Origin: Macrostomum lignano
Lineage: Eukaryota
DNA length: 64,000 bases
Assembly: GCA_002269645.1 (NCBI GenBank)
Contig: NIVC01002580.1
Location: 1 to 64,000, forward strand
Direction of reading: 5' to 3'
Part shown: positions 1-13,541 of the stretch, piece by piece
Numbering within the stretch: the stretch's first letter is position 1
Layout: every line of letters starts with the position of its first letter
Program-made: the position numbers and the translations under genes
Notes under the pieces: generated by a model
Databases searched by the model: none
The model's input: the letters and a program-made list of their open reading frames with translations, nothing else
What the model was told of the DNA's origin: nothing

Positions 1-619
1 TTAAAAAAAGACAATTTGGAAAAAATTCACAAAAGATTTGTGGAATCGGGCACAGGTCGCTGAAAATCTTAATTAAGTCACGAAAAAAGCAAGAAAAATA
101 ACCATATATATACTCGAAAAAAAGAAAATAATATTCTTTTAATTCAATATCTCGAACGTAGCTATGGTACCAAAAAACAGGGTTTAAGAATAACATTACA
201 GGTCATACCAATCATTTAACGAGGTCACGAGGATATACTGAACAGCCATTAAGTAAGTTTATAGATAGCTGAGTGCAAAATAGCAAGAGCAAGTATTAGT
301 ACATGCTACTAGCTCGTACGATTACTATAGTGTGTGCTTGTATAGTTTAGCTCTTAAATTAACGAGTTGCGTGACACAACGCAGACACAAGGGTGACTCT
401 TCGTACCAACTAATCAGTATTAAGTAATACTATAATGTTAATCACTTTAGTGCGTACCGCTGACTTTATAAGTGCAGAGGTAGCGGATTAGGGATGGGCG
501 GTTGGGTAACGTCTGACGATTGGCGGTTGGTTCAGTCGATAAACCTAGCAGGGACAGATAGGTTTAATAGCGATAAGTGTGGGGTGTGTACGGGTAGGGT
601 TAAGTGCTGAATGATCAGC

Positions 620-925
620 AATAAAATCAATAACCCTCACCCCTCCCCACGTTCAGCCAGAGTTTCAGCTAGCGGGATGGGGGTTGACCATTGAATAATC
701 GATAACCCTCACCCTCTCACACAGCCAGACTCTTAAGCTGGCGGGGTAGAAAAGCAGGGCTGGCTGGGTGAGCGGTTGAACACCTCCCCCTCCCCCCCCC
801 CTAAAATAATCGATAACCCTCACCCAGCCGACGCAGACAGCCAGAATTTTGGACGCTGACATTAATCTAGCGGGGTAGAATATAAGGCTAGGGAGAGGCT
901 AAAAACCCAGCTAAAAATCGATAAA
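620..925. repeat. Degenerate tandem repeat, 3-4 units of 70-110 bp
   Basis: Recurring AATCGATAACCCTCACCC...CAGCCAGA...TAGCGGGGTAGAA. Confidence 0.55.
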
Positions 926-1229
926 AACAAGCAGAGGGGTAAAAACAAAGATGGAGTTGTGGGACACAGACAGCTTTTCTTCGAAATATCGGATGCATCT
1001 AATTCTAAGAAGTACACGTGCTTGCTGGAATTTCAAATTGAAAAGTTTCTAATCTGATAGCCAGCAGTTTCTTAATATTTTTGTGTAAACAAAGTACAGT
1101 AAAATACAAGTAATGTTTACGCAGGATTCTTCAAAACCTTTCAAACACAAGAAAATTCGAAACAGTGAAAAATACCCGACGACGTTAATGCAAAGTCACC
1201 AAATACACAAAAACATTTTGTCTTTTCAC

Positions 1230-4200
1230 CTAAGCGTCTTCTCCCAGCCTTGCCAGCAGCATTTGCCGTTCAATTTTCCATTGGCGTTCAGCTTCGGCCA
1301 AATCTCGGAGCTGCTCTTTGAGCATCGCATTGGTCCGGTCTCGCGAGGCCAGTTCAGCCTCAAGCTGTTGCACCTTGCCAGAATCTGCTTCGGGCCCTCG
1401 GAACTGGGCAGTGGCTAAAGTTGAAGCTGCAGTATCGCCTCGGCCAGCCTCAGACAGTTCGCGCTGCAGCCTGGCCGCCTCCTCCCTGGTGCGATCGTGG
1501 CTCTGGCATTCGCGCTGCAATTCCCGCCTGAGCTTCTCGTAGTCCTGCATCAGTTTGGCTGTGCCGCGCTCCTTGGCCTCGTAGCGTTCGGCCAGACGGG
1601 AGCCCATCTGTTCGCGTAGCTCGCTGAGCTGCTGCCTGAGGCCGTCGTTCTCCTGACGAAGCTGTTGAAGCGCCTCCTGGCTAACGACGCCCGGTGCCCG
1701 TTTCAGGCGCTCATTTTCAGCTTCGGTTCGTTTGACTACATTTTTCAGGCGGGCGATCATCTCTTCGAGCTCGCGAGTCGATTTGCCGCTCTCGCCAATC
1801 TGCAAGATTTTTTTGTTGAATAGATCGCGTTCGATACTTTTTGGATTTGCGGACGTCGTTGATAATGCATTTCATGAAGTTCCAGTGCCAAACCGACCCT
1901 TAGCGGATTACTTTTAATCGTCAAATAGAAACTTGTCCCTTTCAATTAGTTGATAAAATGGACATATATTTTTTGTCATTCCTTAGTCTCGATCGGCTTG
2001 TTGATTGCTTGAGATTCTAACAAACATTTGGGCCAGAGCATGAAACCAGTGTACAACATTTATCAGTGCGGAAAAACCGATTTGACTCTTTGGGTGCTCA
2101 AGATTCCTGAATATATGATACAAAACCAAAATACAGGGTACTCACCCGTCGAATGTTGCTTGTAGAGCTGGTGCTAGATCGGGCTGTGTTTCCTGCCGCC
2201 TCCAGCTGAGCCTTCTCCTGCTTCAGCAGTTCAACGTACTTAGTCAGATGAGCTACTCGCTCCTGTGTGGGCGAGATGAGAGGATGAGAAAATGTAGGAT
2301 TTACAAGCTTGTAAGACGCTTAGGTGCCATCGGATTAAAATGCTACATTGCAACTAACTTTATAAACGTTCGAATAACAAGCATGCTATAAAAGTAGTGC
2401 TCTATCATTCATTTTTTTGTTTTTTCCTGTCAGGTACACCTGAGCTGATACATACCACTCGACCTCACCTTCAGTCTGGGCAGGTCACGCCTTGCCTGAT
2501 CAACTTCAAAAGTCAGATCGGTGTTCTCCCGCGTTAGCCCGGTCAATTGCGTCTCCAACTGTCGCTGCTTCTCCCTCATCCTCTCCACTTCGACGGAGAA
2601 TTCTGGCTTCTCCAATCGTAGCTGCCGCTCCAGCTCCTCGGTTCGCTCCTCCAGCATGCTAACTTGTCGACGAAGAGCCTCTTTCTCTCGTTCGTCGCCT
2701 AGCGTGTGCAGCTGGTAGCGCAGACGGGACACTTCCTCTTCCAGTTGGAAGTTTTTCTCGCGCACATCAGCGTCAGCAATCTGCAGACGGCTACCGGTGA
2801 GTCGAGCCACCGAGACAGATTCTTGGCGACCCGGAGGGCCGTGTCGGGAGCCACCGCCTCCGCCCGTGCTTCTGTCCAGCGCATTCTTAGTGAGCTCGTA
2901 TTGGCGCTGGAGCCTGTCAAACTCGATCTGGTTGATACAGTTTGGGGTACGTGATTCTGAGAACTGACTGTGGTTGGATCTGATTGCTGATTCTACAGGA
3001 ACTGGTCCTGATTCTACGGGAATGGGGTGCTGATTCTACGGGAATTGGGCACTGATTCTACATAAATCGGGCAACTGATTCCACGGCTGTTGGGTACTGA
3101 TTCTACTGGAATTGGGTGCTGATTTTACGGGAGTTGGATGCTGATTCTACGGCAGGTTGATACCGATTTTACGGGAATTGGGCTCTGATTCTACATAAAT
3201 CGGGCGACTGGTTCTAAGGCTGTTGGGTACTCATTGTACCGGAATTGGATAGTGATTTTACGGGAGTTGGATGCTTATTCTACGGGAATTGGGTGTTGAT
3301 TTTACGGGAGGTTGATACCGATTCTACGGGAATTGGGCTCTGATTCTACATAAATTGGGCAACTGGTTCTACGGCTGTAGGGTACTGATTTTTACAGGAA
3401 TTGGGTATAAGATGGAGAAAGTTTCAATACGGGACAGATTAAAGAAACTGATAACTGAGCTGTTTTAAAGTACAAAAATAATTCAGATGGAATCAAGGGG
3501 AGTGTGAAAACTGAGAAATAAAATGAGCGAAAAATTCTAGAAGACCATTTTAGAATGAAATGAAACAATTGTTTCCAGGATACTACGAGCGTACTAAACC
3601 TACTCACCTGTTTCTGCCCCAGTTTATCCTTTAATTTGTCGATAGTTCTCTCCAGTCGCTTCCGTTCTTCCCACTCTTCGATGCCGCCGCTGCGACCGCC
3701 GCCACCGAAGCCACGGCCGCCGCTGAGACCAATGTCCGATTCGAAGGGCTTCTCAGGCCGCTGACGGAATCGCACGTTCTCTTCCTCAAGTAGGCGTACT
3801 TTGCGGCGCAGTTCTTCCATTTCCGTCTTCGTCTGCTCGTCTGCCCCGCCAGAGCGCTGAAAAAGAGGATTATATCAGATGACACGATTGCACAAGCGAC
3901 AACCCGCTGAGCTACCCTGCAGGCATCAAGCATCCGGGAAACATCAGATGCGCCCTACAGATAACACATTCTCACACATAACCCAAACCACACTGCATCT
4001 TTAATACATTGAAGTCATTAAAGCTCACCCTTGCGGCCTTAATCCTCTCCATCTTCTTCTGCATCTCCTCCATCTCCTGCTCCATCCTATTCTTCTCCGT
4101 TCTGAGCTTTGCCGCGGTGGCATCTTTGCGAGCCACTTCGGCTTTGAGCTCTTCGCACTGCTGGACGGCCGCCTCTTTCTCTTCGCGCAGCTTGCGCTGC

Positions 4201-7200
4201 TCAGATTTGACCCGGAACGCGCGCTCCTTGGTGAGCTCCAGCTCGTCGGCAATCTCTTTGGTGTGCCGCTCTAAGATCCGGTGTAGATCCCGCTCCTGCT
4301 CGTTCTGCACCCCGCCAGCCTTCGCGGTCTCCTCGGCGTGGTACACCATGTCTGCGCGCAGGTCGGTCAGCGCTTTGCTCAATGCGCGCTGCTGCTTCTC
4401 CTTCTCCTCAAGCTGCATCTCCAGCTTGCGCACCAGATTCTTCATTGTGGCCGATGGGCCGCGCTCGTTTTCGGATTTTTGTCGGCGCAGGTCTTCGCGG
4501 AGCTGCTGAACCAAAGCGGACTTTTCAACTACCTATAATAGAAAGGTGCAATGGTTTTTTAAAAATGCTACTGTCTTTAAAAGTTTTTAAACAATAACAG
4601 TAAAAAGTCCCAATATAATACACCCTCACCTCCTGCTTGGCTCTCGCCACCTCCACTGTGCACCTCCGCTTCTCTTCGTCCAGCTCCTCCTTGAGCACCG
4701 CTCTCTCGGCGTCGAAGCCCTTGTGCGCAGTGTCGTAGCTCAACTTCCACGTTTCCATTTCTCGTCGGGCCTCCCTCAGCTCACTCTCCAATCCAGCCGA
4801 TTTGCCGCGCTCGTGAGCCAGCAGTTCCTGCAGTTCGTGCAGCTTCTTCAAATGCTTGCGAGTCACAGATTCCCTCGGCAGCTCGCCTGTAGCCGCAGAG
4901 CCCTGCTGAGCAGCTGTCTGTCTCATCACCAGCTCTTCCTTCTGCGACAGTTTTTCCCGCAGCATCTTTGCTTCTTCGTTGTGCCGGCGTACAGCCGTCT
5001 CCAAATCATCTTGAGCACCTTTCAGCAACTCCTTGTACTTGGCCAAGGACTCCTCTTTCTGCTGCAGGCGGGCCTGAAGAGAGGCCACGGTTGTCTGGGC
5101 TGCATGTAGGGTCTTTGCCTCGACGAAATTCTCCATGGGGTTGGCAGACGCGGCGGCAGCGTCAGCCTCGGCAGCAGCAGCGGCGAACTGGCGATCCCGG
5201 TCAGCTGTGGCGGGCAATCGAAGGCGCAGCTCGTTGATGGCGCGCTCCTTTTTGATAAGCGCACGCTCCCGCTCCTTCAAAGTCTCTTCGAGCTCGCGCA
5301 TCTGCGACTTCAACTGTTTGTTTTCGCTCTCCAGATCAAAGATAGCTTTGATTTTCTGTTTGATCGTGGCCACAGCCTGCTCCAGCTGCAGCGGCAGTGG
5401 CAACTCGCGGTCCGGCACATCAGAAGCCGTAGCCTCGCCGAGTCGCTTTGCTGTTCCAGCGATTTCAGAGCCGGCCGATTCCATGCGCGTGACGACGCGT
5501 TCGAGTTCAGCTTCGCGCTGTTCCCATAGCAACTGGCGCTCTTCGTAGTCCTTGCTGAGCCTAACCGCGTCCTCCTCTAGCTGGCCAATCAGGGCTTCTT
5601 GACTGCGGACGACACCTTCGAGGTGCTTCACCTGGATTTTGGTGGAAAGTAAAAGTTCATTAGGTGGTTAACAGTTAAACTGGCTAAAGCATTAAATACC
5701 GCTCAATCACTCACCTGTTGTCGAGCTCGTTCGCAGGCCCTGCGTTGCTGGAGCTCCTGCAGCCGAAGCTGCTCCATCCTTTGATGCCATTCAGCAACCT
5801 TCTTTGCTCCGGTTCCTGTTCTCAGTGCTTCATGCAGCTCCGCCTGAGTTTCCTGGCGCGTCTTCATAGCCAGAAGCTCATCCTCAGCCTTGGCGCGCTG
5901 TTCCTCGGCTTCTGTGAGCAGTCGCTTAGTGCGAAGCTTGTCCTCTTGCAGGGCTAGAAGCGTTTTAGTGAAGCGCTCCTGCGGAAAGGTTCGGGTTGGA
6001 AAACATGAGCACATGTTACCTTGTCATCGGAACAAAGAAAATATTTCTTATAAGCCTAACAATGCGATTTTTCACTCTTCAACTACAAAATTTATTGTAA
6101 AAACTCCGTTGAGAGATCTCACTAGTTTAGCTAGTGGTACGCAACCGGCAAACTGGCTGCGCAAACTGCTGACCGTCTCTCGCAGCTGTTTGGTTCGACT
6201 GCGACACTCAAGTCGATGCTGACTCAACGTCTCGTCGCGCTCGTCCACTCGCTGCTCTAGACGAAGCATTTGAGCCTCGGAACGACGCGATTTGGCAAAA
6301 GCGTCTTCCAACTTGCGCAGGGCGGTGGTCTCGGACAGTTGCAGCTGTACAATGTGCCTGTGCAGGCGACCGATCACGGCCCGCTCGTCGCTCTGGCATT
6401 GAAAGTCAAGCAACTGCTGACGAAGACTGGTGAGCTCCTTCTCCTGCGACACCTGCTGCTCGCGGAAGGTCTTGGACTGGCTCAAAGCGATGTCACTCAA
6501 TTCGCGCAGCCGTTCGACCTCCTGCTTCAGCTTGAGCTCGGCCTCCTCCAGTGTGGAGATGCGTTGCCTGTCTCGATCGCTGGCTTCCTTAGTGACGCAG
6601 GTTGCCAAGGAGTCGCGCAGCTCCCGCTCCGTTTTCTGAGCCTCCAACACTCGGGTGGTGAGTTCGGCAAATTTCTCTTCTAACTCTCGATTCCTAGCGT
6701 CCAGTTGCTGCAGCTGAAGCTTCTGGCTTTCGTACATTTGGCTGGCGTGATCGGCGCGCTCTCGTTCGTTCAGCTCCTTCATCTCGAGCATGCTCAGCTT
6801 CTTGGACATGGCCACTTGGCTCTGCTCAGTCACGCCTGTGTCAACCCCGCGTTTCGACAGCTCTTCCATTGTGGCCTCGAGCAGATGCCGCTTCTCTTTT
6901 TCCACCGTGAGCGCCTTTTTCAGCGTTTCATTGTCCAGTCGCAGCTGCCGCAACTCCATTTCCATCGTGTCCAGAGTTTCAGCCTTGTGCACTAGGCTGT
7001 TGTTCTTCTCTAGGAAGTCGCGGTACTTCTCCGTCAGCTCGTCCAGTTTCCGCTGCAGCCTGTCTAGGTCGTCTCGTGGTACGCAGTCGGCCAGAGCCTT
7101 CTGCAGTGAGTTCACCTTGAACGCAGCCGTTTCCTTAAAGCGTCGATAATATCCCAAACGCTCCGTGACAGCCTTTTCCATTTCGGTAAACTCGGACTTC

Positions 7201-10200
7201 AATCGGCCGTTCTCGCGGCGCAGCGTCTTCTCGGCTTCCTGCAGCGCGGTGAATCGTCGAACCAAAGCCGCTTCGTTGCAGCGCAGCAGGGTCACCTGGC
7301 GAGTCGTCTCAACCATTCGGCGTGCCTGCTCTTCTGGTTTCTGCGCCAGAGTGTCCAGCAGACGGTCGAACTCGCTCAGCCTGGCGGCGTCCTCCTGACG
7401 CTCACCCTTTAACTCATCGAGGCGCTGGTTCAGCCGGGTCTTCTCTTCCGACCAGCTGGTTCGTTCGCGAAGGTGCTCGGCATACAACAAGCTTTGCTGG
7501 TGTCTGCGGTTATGGGGAAGATGTCATATCATACCATGGCGATTTTTCTCCATTGTTTTTTTTAAGCCAAATAAAGCAAAGCTTACCTAGCCACCGCAAA
7601 CTTCGCTCGAAAGTGCTGCAGACTCTGGTCTAGTTTAGAGACCTCTTCTTTCCGTTTCTTAGCCTCAGCCAGAGCTTGTACCAACTGCTCGGTGAGCGAA
7701 TTGATAACCTCCTGCGAGGTTTGAGTCATATTCTCTGGAAGGTTCAGGCTGAAGATGGTCTTTGAAGCGGCGCCAACGTTGCGCACCATGTCCAGGTCGG
7801 CCTGTAGGCGCTCAGAGAGGGCGCGAGTTTTGTCCAACTGAAGCTTGTTCGCCGCGGTTTCGGCGCGAGATTCGCGTAATTCGGCTCGGACTTCGTCATA
7901 GCGACCCTGGTTTGTTTGATTCAAGGGGTTAAATGACTGGCTGGCTCTGTACATGTATTATTCATATTATTTACAAGTCGTACTTTGTTTAATTTACTAG
8001 AACTACTTCTCACCTGTAAGTGGTCCAAACGAGTCTTCAAATAAGAGCTGGCATCGATGTCGCCCATCACCTTCTTGGCCTCAAGCGCCGCCAGAAACTT
8101 GTCCAAAGAGGGACACTCCAGTGAGCCAGCCTTGCGGTTTTCCATGCCATCCTTGATCTCTTTGAGCGCCGATTCCATCACGCGATTTTCCTCCGACAGA
8201 TTTTCATTTTGTGTCTGCAGCTGGCAGACTTTCTTTTCCTGCTCTTCGAACTCGCGAGCAGCTCGGCTCAGCTCTTGGCGCAGTCCGGCAGCTTCAGCAC
8301 CGCCTGCGACGCTTCGGCCGGTACGCGCAGTTTCCGGCTCGAGAAATCCACCACGACTGGACAGCATGGTTGAGCCAGGAGCTGCAGCCATCGCGCTGCC
8401 AGCCATGCGCGGCTGAATCATCTCATCAATGCCGGAGTGGACACCTCCGGCTCTTTCAGCCTCGACGAAAGACTCCAGCACCATCAGGTTGCCAGACAGT
8501 CCCATCTGAGCTGCCTGACCCCCGCACTGCTTTGCCAAACTCTTCACCTGCCATTTTAACCGCATTCGCTCGTCTTCTAGGCTCTCGATCTCCTTCTGCA
8601 ACACCATGATGGTAGCCGAGTCCTCCTCCTGCTGCACAGCCTTGGCACGCCTGTAAGGAAGGTTTTCATTGGTTAAGCGCTTTTACGAGCCAGTATACTG
8701 TGTGTGCCAGCTGATTCTTGCATTTCAAGCAAGAACCCAAATTAGAGCCCTGCTACCCTCATTCATTCCGGCAGTTTATGCTACGGTTAGTAGTCCATCA
8801 TACAAAGATCAGCCCATGGTCACTCACCTGTGGGCCGTAGTGTCTAGCACCTCATCCGGGGCGATGCCCAGCCTCTCCCGCATCATGGAATTTTCAATGC
8901 GCAGATTGTCGGCATCGTCGTGCAACTTGTTGATCTGTCGAACGTAGTCTTCAATCATTCGTCGACAGTACTCCAACTCGCGTTCCTTCGCTTTGGTTTC
9001 GTCGACGGCTTCCTTCAATCCGAATACTCCGGCAACTATTTGGTCGTTCCGATTAACCAGCTCTTCGTTCTTCTCTTCGAGCTCGCGCGAGGCTTTCTCA
9101 GATTCTAACGCCTGTTGGTGGCCTTCCTCCAAACGCTGCTTGAGTCCCTGGTTTTCTTTCAGTAGCTGACCGATTCGATCGGCCTGTCGACTCACCATCG
9201 TGTTTCCCGAGGCCGCTTGGTCTAGCTGGAACTGCTCCAACATCGCCTTGACCCGGTTGCACTCGTCTGTGCCTTCGCTCAGCTCCTGTCGCAGTTCATC
9301 AATTGTTGTGTCCCGCTCTTGCAGTCGCTGCTGCAGCTTTGCGAGCTGCTCTTTGCTCGCGTCGACGCTCAATGCGCCTAGACGAGAGCGTAGCTCACGG
9401 ACCTCCTGCTCAGCCCGGCGCAACTCGTCGTCCTTGTCTGCGAGGTGTTTGCGCCACTCCTCCACCTTTTCGTTGACCGCGTTCATGATGTTATCGTCGT
9501 CCCGGCGAAGCATGGCGATCTCGTCCTGTAGCTCCTGCACCTGCTGACGTAGCACCTCGATTTGGCCCGTTGCGTTAGCCGCCTCCGTGTCCTTTTCGTC
9601 CACGTAGGCCTGTTGGTAGGGAAGTGCTGCTTTGTACTACCAGTGTCTAATAATCGCGTCCAACTAAATACGAGTAACATCTATTTTGTCGCGATCTTAC
9701 CTTCATGTCTTGGTAGCGAGCGCAGAAGCTTTCGTATTCAGCAGCTCCATCCAACAGCTCTTTCTGGACTTTTTCCAGTTTCTCTTGCAGCTCAGCTTTG
9801 CCCTGCAGGGCCAAGTCGAGGTCGGTTTTCAGTTGGCGAACCTTTTGATTCAGGTCGCTGATGGCGTACTTGGTTTCCTGGCTCTTCTCAGTGCGATCGA
9901 TTCGCTCTTGAAGGGTTGTGAGGCGACTACTGAGACTGCGATTCTCGGACTCCACCTCTGAAAGTTTCTGCTCCAGGCTGTTTCGCTTGTTCTCGAGATC
10001 TTCGTTCTCTCCGGTTAGCTGTTGGGGAGAGATAAAATGTGCGTATTCGAAAATGCTAGCAATACTACTTACATGTAGTCCACCAAACAAACCTTGCTGA
10101 TGTCTTGTTCCTTCTTCCGAATGTCACTCTGCAAGGATTCAACCTCTTTGTTCAGCCGCTCATTCTCATTGAGCAGGTCGAGCTCCTTGTCGGCGTCTGC

Positions 10201-10571
10201 TCCGCCTTCCCGTGCCGTCCGCCTCAGGCGCTGATTCTCCTTTTCCAAATCGTCGAGTGCAATCTGCAGATCCGTCGTCTGTTTCTCCATCCGCTCGTGC
10301 GCCATCTTTTGCGAGTCAATGATGGCGTCGTAAAGATTCAGCACCATCTCTGCCTCCCCGTCGACGTCCATGTTGCCGGGGTCAAACTAAAAATAAAGCA
10401 AGATATAATTAATTCTTCTTTGAGAGAGATGAATTCGGAATGGTCAGTGTGCAGATATTGATAAACACTCAGTTAGTTACTTACGTCATTGATTTGGTCC
10501 ACAATGGATTTCACATTCTCCGGATTGACCGTTCCCGGATCGATTTTGCGCAAGTCGTCCAGCGTCACCAT
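1230..10571 (-). CDS. CEP290: Centrosomal protein of 290 kDa (ciliary transition-zone coiled-coil protein), 14 coding exons, about 2327 aa
   Basis: Exons in transcription order: 10571-10485, 10386-10093, 10018-9701, 9609-8828, 8650-8014, 7906-7587, 7503-6123, 5978-5715, 5631-4630, 4532-4029, 3856-3608, 2927-2469, 2262-2146, 1799-1230. All introns are GT-AG with compatible phases, giving 6984 nt including the stop. Recognisable CEP290 segments from my memory of the human protein: LQKEIESLEDERMRLK, GRYDEVRAELRESR, KFAVARHQQSLLY, ELNERERADHA, DLPRLK, GESGKSTRELEEMI, YEAKERGTAKLMQDYEKLRREL. Confidence 0.92.
2955..3410. repeat. Degenerate minisatellite of about 20 bp in CEP290 intron 11
   Basis: Recurring TGATTCTACGGGAATTGGG. 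Confidence 0.75.
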
Positions 10572-12226
10572 GGCTGGGCAACACGCTGAAGTATCCAGGG
10601 ATCGTGCATTTTTTACAAAATCAAAAATATAAACATAAAACCACGGCATAGTGATTTTACAAGGATGATATGGTATTCTTTAGTAGACATTTAATCATCC
10701 AATTGGTTCATAATGTAAAATATTATGCGTACTATGGCAAAATAAAACTACAGAAATACATGTAACATAGAAATGACATTCATTTTTTCTTAAACTTTTT
10801 TTACAATTATTCAAACAATAAAATGTTAGAAAACATTACCTCTGACTATTTGAAGCCCAGAAACACACTTTATGTTAATAGCTGAGTCTAGAATAGTTTT
10901 AACTAGTTTATGTATTCCAAACTAGAGTTCTGATTGATTTAGGTTGCATCAAGTTTACCAGAGATTTGGTTTTAGATGTAGGAAGGAATAAAATTTTATA
11001 TAATAAGATACATGTATATTCAGATTAAATGTGTATATTTTTAGAATTTAACCACGAAAAATTACCTATACTTAGGAAAGCTGAATATAAAAGCACATGA
11101 ATTGCCCAAGTGACTATTTTCCTGTTGTGAGTTTCAGATACTTCAGTGATGTTTTGGCCGCAAATACATTGTTTTTAAACTTACTAGATAATTTTTAAAT
11201 CTTCAAGCGACCGTTGCCGGCCCACTTAACCTTAAAAGAATAACTTTTAGAGGGTGAACAAAAATAATTGCTAATATTTTATATCATCACTGAATTTTTA
11301 TATAACGGTTCAAGTAGGATGCATACTACACAGTTAGCGACCCTGCAAAGCAGCTTTATAGTATTTTTATGCTTCTAAAGTTCCAATATACTAAAAATTG
11401 TTTGTCTGTGTGTGTCTTTTTAATGATAAACTCCTATATTTAAGCGCAAACAATGCTTAATGCTGATAAATTTTCCTTTCAGTCAGAAAACTTCACTAAA
11501 AGCTGTTCATTTTTATTTAATTTCTCATTACTTACCGAGTTAAATCGCGAAATATAACTTAAATGTAAATTGACCGATTGATTGACTCAGGAATTTAATC
11601 GGAACATAAATTCCATGTTGGAAATAAAGGTATAAACAGACAACATCAAGTTATCTGTTACAAATAAGTAAAAAAGATATACAAATGTTTTTACTTCGGT
11701 TTGGCTTAAATAATAGCGTGCATTACTCTAGATTAGTATCTATTGCTGCTATGTTGTTTTATTACTTAAATTAGTTTTTTTAAAAGCCGTCATTTTAAAA
11801 GTCGAACCCTCTTTTTTCGATACAGATCTTTTTGTGTTAAAAGCGAAAACGCTTAAAGTAGAATGCTCAGATTCAAAAAAATACATACATATAAATTACT
11901 ACAGTGAATTATTGCATGAATAATAAAGGCGAAATGATTCGTTTGGAAGTTGCCATGCAGTTGAGTTCGTTTGGAAGCGCGCTAGGACTTAAAAAAAATG
12001 CAAGGACCATGCACCAGCTGTATATACAGTGTTCCTTGCTTAAACCTTTTTGGCTTCATAGAAAACTTTTTTGCTCAGCGAAAACTTTCTCTGGCTTGTT
12101 TGAATTCATTACGCGTACTGTAGATTCATGCACATCTATACACTCCTGCTGATAGTCCCTGTAAATTTTACGCTTTAAACACTAAAATACATGTGCATAT
12201 ACGCTTCATTCATGATTCACGGTTAC

Positions 12227-13541
12227 TGTACGTTGCTTACTTGCTAAATTTGCGCGTAGCGTGATGAATGACCATTAAAATTACGAAGCGATTAAATTTT
12301 TGGGTAAATGAACAATTGTGGTAGGGCCCCTGAAATTCCTCGTTAACTACGCGAATTATTATTTATTACTAATGACTCATGTGAGAATACTAACGTGCGC
12401 AATTAATTCACTGGGAACTCATCCACACGCGAAAACGAATAGGATACCGTAACGTTGTGCCAAGAGGCCCACCAGTTGTTTTAATGCACTGTTCTGCGGG
12501 TATATAAATACCGCGCGCACCAATTTGAATTTCTGCTCGCCTGGTTGCCCCGAGTTTGCAACTTAGCCCGGACTGTGTGCTCCCGTTTAGTATTGTCTTG
12601 TAAGATCGGCCCGGTGTGCCTGACAGACTATTAGTTCGATCATGACTAGTTATAGTAACTATTGAGTCTTATAGTTGAGCACTGCTCCTAAGTACTAAGT
12701 TAAATTAGCCAACTAAATATTAGCTCTAACAGACTGTGTTAGTAAGGACACAGGAGGCCGAGCTTTGTGTTTTTGTTTATTAATTTTGTTAAGGTTAATA
12801 TCATTTTCTGCTGGTGCGCTAGTTCCAGTATTTGTCAATTTATCGTCTAATAATCACAACTGATAGTCGTTAAGTTACCGTTCAATTTAAGTTCAAGTTC
12901 TAATTCAAGTTATTCAAATCTTCTTTAATAGCGCTTTTGGCTCAGTCATTTGATCATAGCTTCGATTGGTGGCAGTGATCTACCTTTCGTGACGTATTTA
13001 GTTTGGGAATTGATTATCGATACATTGGGGAACGTAACTTATCAAGAAATTATTGGCATTGCTCTATCAGACCATCTCAGGGGTACCGCGCTCTTCGACT
13101 GGTGCAAAATAAGCAGTTTAGCCTTAGGCCAATTCTCGGAAAGCTACCGAAAGTTAAAGTTATTTGGGACTCTTGTCCACCCGGAAATAGAGGAACCAGT
13201 CACTCCGCTCACTAAGAGTTCGCGGACAAGAGGTCCGTCTGCGCGAGGTCAGACGCTGAATCATCAGAGTGCTAGAGTGCATGTGAGTCATAGTCTGCCG
13301 ACAAACAAAGACTCTAGGAACCAAGAGGCCCAGAGGAAAAACTATATTTCCGCGAACCATAGGGCCCATAGGAAATTATAGGGCACTCGCGACAGGAGGT
13401 CCATTTGAGCTCTGCGCCGGAATTAATATTCTTGGTATACTACTCGCCAGCAGTAGCCAAGTTTGCGTTAGTCGCAATTTCATAGATAATATTTAACGTC
13501 AAGCCGGAACTTTATATAAAGTATAGACCTACATTTGGTGT
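12227..13541 (+). mobile_element. Possible LTR followed by a partial primer-binding site
   Basis: TGTA...TACA termini (12227 and 13533), TATATAAATA near 12502, followed by TT-TGGTGTCA (8 nt complementary to a tRNA-Leu 3' end). No partner LTR or gag/pol was seen. Confidence 0.25.

Noticed and set aside
2430-2927. Apparent frameshift in CEP290 suggested by ORFs 2699-2920 and 2430-2810
   Set aside because: Manual translation from the acceptor at 2928 is open in one frame through to the donor at 2468. The second ORF is only an alternative frame.
1113-10461. Many plus-strand ORFs over CEP290
   Set aside because: They are antisense shadows of GC-rich coiled-coil exons.
10572-12226. RFX X-box expected upstream of a ciliary gene
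   Set aside because: Only half-sites were found (e.g. GTTGCCATGCAGTT near 11949). None fits the full consensus.
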